A DNA stretch of 64,000 nt from Azolla caroliniana. Taxonomy: Eukaryota; Plantae; Polypodiophyta. The stretch lies in NCBI GenBank assembly GCA_043228905.1, contig JBHGNT010000007.1:8184001-8248000 (forward strand), written 5' to 3'. The notes below the pieces were generated by a model that was not told where the DNA came from, ran no database searches, and saw nothing but the letters and a program-made list of their open reading frames with translations. Below are positions 59,101 to 64,000 of the stretch, in pieces; positions within the stretch are counted from its first letter, which is position 1; the number at the start of each line of letters is the position of its first letter. A program made the position numbers and the translations under genes.

Positions 59101-61543
59101 GCCTCGGCCCAGTAGAACTTAGGCAAGCTCTTCTCCTCCAGCATTGCCCGTGCCGCTTCCACAATTGACCCATTCTTTCTCTCGGCCATGCCGTTCTACT
59201 CTGGCGTGTATCTACAACTGAATTCGCGGCGAATTCCCATTTGTTGTAGGTAACCGTTGAATTGACCGGAAAAGTACTCTTTCCCGCCATCCGACTGCAG
59301 ACACTTGATCTTTCGTCCTGTTTCGGTTTCCACGAATCCTTTGAGGTCCCGGAAACAGTCGAAGACTTCGCTCTTCCTCTCAATGAGGTAGATCCACGTG
59401 TGCCGCGTGTGGTCGTCGATGAAGGAGACGAAATATCGGCTCCCGCCAAGACTAACGTTTTGTGCCGGCCCCCACACATCGGAGTGTATAAAGTCGAGCT
59501 TGTTCCGGCTCCGGTTTCGCTCGTTGGGGAAAGGAAGTCGGTGTTGCTTCCCGAGCTGGCAGGCTTCACAAATTAGTGCCTTTCGGCCACTAAACTTGGG
59601 CAATCCGAACACTACCTGTTTCGATTGCAGATCTTGAAGCCGTTGGTAGTTGACGTGGCCTATCTGCTTGTGCCACAAGTCGATGTCCGACTCGGCTTTT
59701 TGTCCCTTTGCGAACAGTGCGGTGTCGCCGTCAATGGAATCGAGGATGAACATCCTCCCGTCTCTGCGCCCTTGCGCAATCACACGGCCTTCTTCCTCAA
59801 TGAAGCACTCGAGGTGTGTAAACCGAACCTCCATCCCTTGGTCGACGATCTGTCCGACCGAGACCAAGTTCTTCGTGATTGTCGGAACGTGCAACACGTT
59901 CATAAGTTTCCCTTTCTGCCCGACGTGGCTAAGGGGAACTTCTCCGACATTCGCGATCGGATGCGAAGTGTCGTCTCCAGTTGCGACTACTCCAGGTTGT
60001 ATCGGTTTTTCAAGGTACGAGAACCACTCCTTATGGCTCGTCATGTGGTTTGACGCGCCGGAGTCTACGTACCACACCTCGTCCGATCTCGGGGTGGTCT
60101 GCTTCATTGAGTTTGCTTCGTGTCTCGTCACGAAGGTAGTCCCTTCTCCGGCTCTCCCGGAGTCTTCGGCGTAGTGCGATCGCTGCCGATTTCCCTTGTC
60201 GGTATGTCTGGAGCCGTTCCCGGAACCAGTTCTCTCCGAATCGGCGCGCTTCTTCCAGCACTCACTTTCCTTGTGGCCTCTCTTGCCACAGTACCAGCAC
60301 TCCGCGATGGACTTCCCTTGCCGGTTCTCATCGCTTCGACTCCCCCTGTTTCCGGAGGGTCCGGAGTTGCTGTCGGCATCACTTCGGTGCCTTCTTTCTT
60401 GATCCGTCGGCCGCCTCCATTGCGTGCCGACTCGCCTCGTCCTCCACGTCCACGGGGCTTATCTCCCTCCGTGTACAACATTAGGCTGTCGGTGTGCGTG
60501 TTTGTAGACGCACCCGCGTGGTTCTCCTCTACCAGGAGCATCGACTGTAAGTCGAAAAAGGACGACGTATTCTCCCGGGTACACACAGCCGTTCGGAACG
60601 CTCCGAACTTCGACGCCAAACCTCTGAGACAGATCTGGACCATCTCGCTCTCCTCGATGTTCACCTCTATGGAGGCGAGGGAGTTGCAGATATCCTTGAT
60701 CTTCGAGGTATAGTCCGCCACCAACAAATCGCGTTGTCGTAGGTTGCTCAACTCTTCTCGGAGCTGAAGCTTCCTGGCTGTGGTGCTCGCGGCGAAAATC
60801 TTCGTCAGATTTTCCCACGCACCCTTCGGCGTCTTTGCATCCCGAACATAGCTCAATAGCTATTCGCCTACACACGACGCGAAGCAGTACAATACCATGC
60901 TCGCCGATTGCTCCCACGACGGGAAGTCTCTGTGTGTCGATTCGGGTGCCGCGTCATTAGCTCCTTCGATATAACTCCAATTGCCGTGCCCGAGCAGGTA
61001 CTGGTGCATCTTGTAGGACCAAGACGCGTAGTTGGTTCTGTCGAGCTTCTCTGTTGGAAGCGAGCTCGCCATGCCTCTATCCATCGTTCTTCTTGTTCTT
61101 CTTTGTCCAGCTGTGTCGGCTGCAGAGAGGTTCTCAACCCTCACGCTCTGATACCATGTAGAAAGTAACGTGCGGAAGAAAGTATGAAGACCAAACAGAA
61201 GGAAGGAAACTCAGGTTCAATGGAGAGCTTGAGCTTACGCGGTATACGCGGGAGAGACAGAGAGAGAAACACGAAAAACTATATTCAACAATAATACTCA
61301 ATCTGTACATAAGACATGCTTCAGTGAACATTTCTATACAAGTCCTAGAAGGACTGACCGAAGTACTGACAATACTTCAGTGCTCATTAAGAGCTCCTAC
61401 ACTAACTCCCAAATATATTCCTCACGGAATATCTTTCCTAACGACCTCCCGGTTTATGCACTCGGCCTAACCGATCGGTCCCAACCGATCCGGTCCTCGG
61501 CTTCTTCAGCCGATTCGGCCGATGTTGAGCTTGTCTCTCAACA
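56191..61543 (-). mobile_element. Ty1/Copia element inserted in the tRNA-Ser array
   Basis: 387-bp LTRs 56191-56577 and 61157-61543 (~15 differences). TSD AATCC. PBS at 61145-61156. PPT TTGAGGGGGAG. Confidence 0.96.
56572..61084 (-). pseudogene. Copia gag-pol pseudogene (stops, frameshifts, RT deletion near 58065, long post-RNase H extension)
   Basis: Gag 60128-61084, [45 protein letters not shown]. Confidence 0.9.
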
Positions 61544-61855
61544 AATCCATATATTCAAAGAACTCAAAAGATACATGTGCTTCCTTAAAAAGATTTGTGT
61601 AAATTTAATTTTTATAACTAGTTTCATTTTTTTATTTATCTACTTAGTTTGGCCGTGTGGTTGAGGTTTGTGCCATACATCCCAAGAATTGATGGGATAC
61701 ATGTCATTGCTTCGAAAGATATTCTGTCACTATTGACATTGGTTATATTTCTTGGTTTGAAAACCATATTAGAAAAGTATTATTTAATTTTCCTAACCAT
61801 TTAAACTTTATATTTAAATAAATTTTACAACTAGATTCATTTTAACCTTTATCTA

Positions 61856-61937
61856 GTCACTTTGGTCGAGTGGTTAAGGCGTGTGCCTGCTAAGTACATG
61901 GGGTCTCCCCGCGAGAGTTCGAATCTCTCAGGTGACG
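61856..61937 (+). tRNA. trnS-GCT: tRNA-Ser(GCT)
   Basis: Full cloverleaf with long variable arm GGGG-TCT-CCCC and one C->T in the D stem (G-U pair). Confidence 0.85.
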
Positions 61938-62082
61938 ACTTCTTGCAAGACTGTGTTTCCATGCATCCAAAGAATAGATAGAAGGGATACATGTGATTGC
62001 TTAAAAAGATTTTGTATCACAATAGTCATTCGTTATATTTCATGGTGTTAAGACAATATTGGTCTAGTATTATTTCATTTCC

Positions 62083-62412
62083 CTAACCATTAAAGGTTTC
62101 AATGGCTGTGGTGGTCGCGGCGAAAATCTTCTTCAGATTTTCCCACGCACCCTTCGGCGTCTTTGCATCCCAAACATAGCTCAATAGCTGTTCGCCCACA
62201 CACGACACGAAGCAGTACAATACCGTGCTCGCCGATTGCTCCCACGACGGGAAGTCTCTGTGTGTCGATTCGGGTGCCGCGTCATTAGCTCCTTCGATAT
62301 AACTCCAATAGCCGTGCCCGAGCAGGTACTGGTGCATCTTGTAGGACCAAGACGCGTAGTTGGTTCTGTCGAGCTTCTCTGTTGGAAGCGAGCTCGCCAT
62401 GCCTCTATCCAT
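62083..62412 (-). CDS. Truncated Copia Gag N-terminus (109 aa); identical protein at 63411-63740
   Basis: Open frame downstream of LTR and PBS, ending in satellite spacer. Expression unknown. Confidence 0.4.
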   Translation of the reverse strand: MDRGMASSLPTEKLDRTNYASWSYKMHQYLLGHGYWSYIEGANDAAPESTHRDFPSWEQSASTVLYCFVSCVGEQLLSYVWDAKTPKGAWENLKKIFAATTTAIETFNG

Positions 62413-63183
62413 CGTTCTTCTTGTTCTTCTTCGTCAAGATGTGTCGGCTGCAGAGAGGTTCTCAACCCTCACGCTCTGATACCATGTAGAAAGTAACGTG
62501 CGGAAGAAAGTATGAAGACCAAACAGAAGGAAGGAAACTCAGGTTCAATGGAGAGCTTGAGCTTACGTAGTATACGCGGGAGAGACAGAGAGAGAAACAC
62601 GAAAAACTATATTCAACAATAATACTCAATCTGTACATAAGACGTGCTTCAGTGAACACTTTTATACAAGTCCTAGAAGGACTGACCGAAGTACTGACAA
62701 TACTTCAGTGCTCATTAAGAGCTCCTACACTAACTCCCAAATATATTCCTCACGGAATATCTTTCCTAACGACCTCCCGGTTTATGCACTCGGCCTAACC
62801 GATCGGTCCCAACCGATCCGGTCCTCGGCTTCTTCAGCCGATTCGACCGATGTTGAGGTTGTCTCTCAACAAATCCATATATTCAAAGAACTCAAAAGAT
62901 ACATGTGCTTCCTTAAAAAGATTTGTGTAAATTTAATTTTTATAACTAGTTTCATTTTTTTATTTATCTACTTAGTTTGGCCGTGTGGTTGAGGTTTGTG
63001 CCATACATCCCAAGAATTGATGGGATACATGTCATTGCTTCGAAAGATATTCTGTCACTATTGACATTGGTTATATTTCTTGGTTTGAAAACCATATTAG
63101 AAAAGTATTATTTAATTTTCCCTACCATTTAAACTTTATATTTAAATAAATTTTACAACTAGATTCAATTTAACCTTTATCTA

Positions 63184-63265
63184 GTCACTTTGGCCGAGTG
63201 GTTAAGGCGTGTGCCTGCTAAGTACATGGGGTCTCCCCGCGAGAGTTCGAATCTCTCAGGTGACG
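63184..63265 (+). tRNA. trnS-GCT: tRNA-Ser(GCT), intact
   Basis: GTCACTT/AGGTGAC acceptor, G discriminator, CT-GCT-AA loop, intact A and B boxes. Confidence 0.92.
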
Positions 63266-64000
63266 ACTTCTTGCAAGACTGTGTTTCCATGCATCCAAAG
63301 AATAGATAGAAGGGATACATGTGATTGCTTAAAAAGATTTTGTATCACAATAGTCATTCGTTATATTTCATGGTGTTAAGACAATATTGGTCTAGTATTA
63401 TTTCATTTCCCTAACCATTAAAGGTTTCAATGGCTGTGGTGGTCGCGGCGAAAATCTTCTTCAGGTTTTCCCACGCACCCTTCGGCGTCTTTGCATCCCA
63501 AACATAGCTCAATAGCTGTTCGCCCACACACGACACGAAGCAGTACAATACCGTGCTCGCCGATTGCTCCCACGACGGGAAGTCTCTGTGTGTCGATTCG
63601 GGTGCCGCGTCATTAGCTCCTTCGATATAACTCCAATAGCCGTGCCCGAGCAGGTACTGGTGCATCTTGTAGGACCAAGACGCGTAGTTGGTTCTGTCGA
63701 GCTTCTCTGTTGGAAGCGAGCTCGCCATGCCTCTATCCATCGTTCTTCTTGTTCTTCTTCGTCAAGATGTGTCGGCTGCAGAGAGGTTCTCAACCCTCAC
63801 GCTCTGATACCATGTAGAAAGTAACGTGCGGAAGAAAGTATGAAGACCAAACAGAAGGAAGGAAACTCAGGTTCAATGGAGAGCTTGAGCTTACGTAGTA
63901 TACGCGGGAGAGACAGAGAGAGAAACACGAAAAACTATATTCAACAATAATACTCAATCTGTACATAAGACGTGCTTCAGTGAACACTTTTATACAAGTC

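Larger units (their letters stand above)
60775..64000. repeat. 1328-bp tandem unit (truncated gag, PBS, LTR, tRNA-Ser block); at least 2.4 copies, open at the window end
   Basis: Exact 1328-bp offsets: 60775/62103/63431, LTR 61157/62485/63813, tRNA 61856/63184. Confidence 0.95.

Noticed and set aside
54258-64000. CRISPR-like repeat-spacer array
   Set aside because: Units are long, contain tRNA genes, have no unique spacers, and there are no cas genes in a eukaryotic context

Overview
Eukaryotic land-plant DNA, probably from a non-seed plant such as a fern (inferred from the retrotransposon lineages and gene features, not proven). Bases 1-39.8 kb are a five-level nest of LTR retrotransposons: an old tRNA-Ala-primed Gypsy contains a chromovirus, which contains an Athila-like Gypsy, which contains a tRNA-Trp-primed Gypsy, which contains an intact Copia. 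A degenerate Copia, a mini-Copia, LINE remnants and Tcn1/sushi-like remnants lie in the same stretch. Three insertions lack a normal target-site duplication (TSD) and look integrase-independent or half-integrated. Bases 40.0-47.5 kb hold a 7-exon XRCC1 gene (~695 aa). Unlike angiosperm XRCC1, it keeps the animal-type N-terminal (Pol beta-binding) domain, followed by a candidate Ku-binding motif. Bases 49-53 kb contain a duplicated box C/D snoRNA cluster (U18 x2, snoR58Y-like, U36-like). From 53.6 kb to the end there is a tRNA-Leu(CAA) gene and a tRNA-Ser(GCT) tandem array invaded by a Copia. The 5' end of that Copia (LTR, primer-binding site (PBS) and truncated gag) has been co-amplified with a tRNA-Ser gene as a 1328-bp tandem unit that runs off the window end. 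All family names come from motif recognition by eye; no searches were run.
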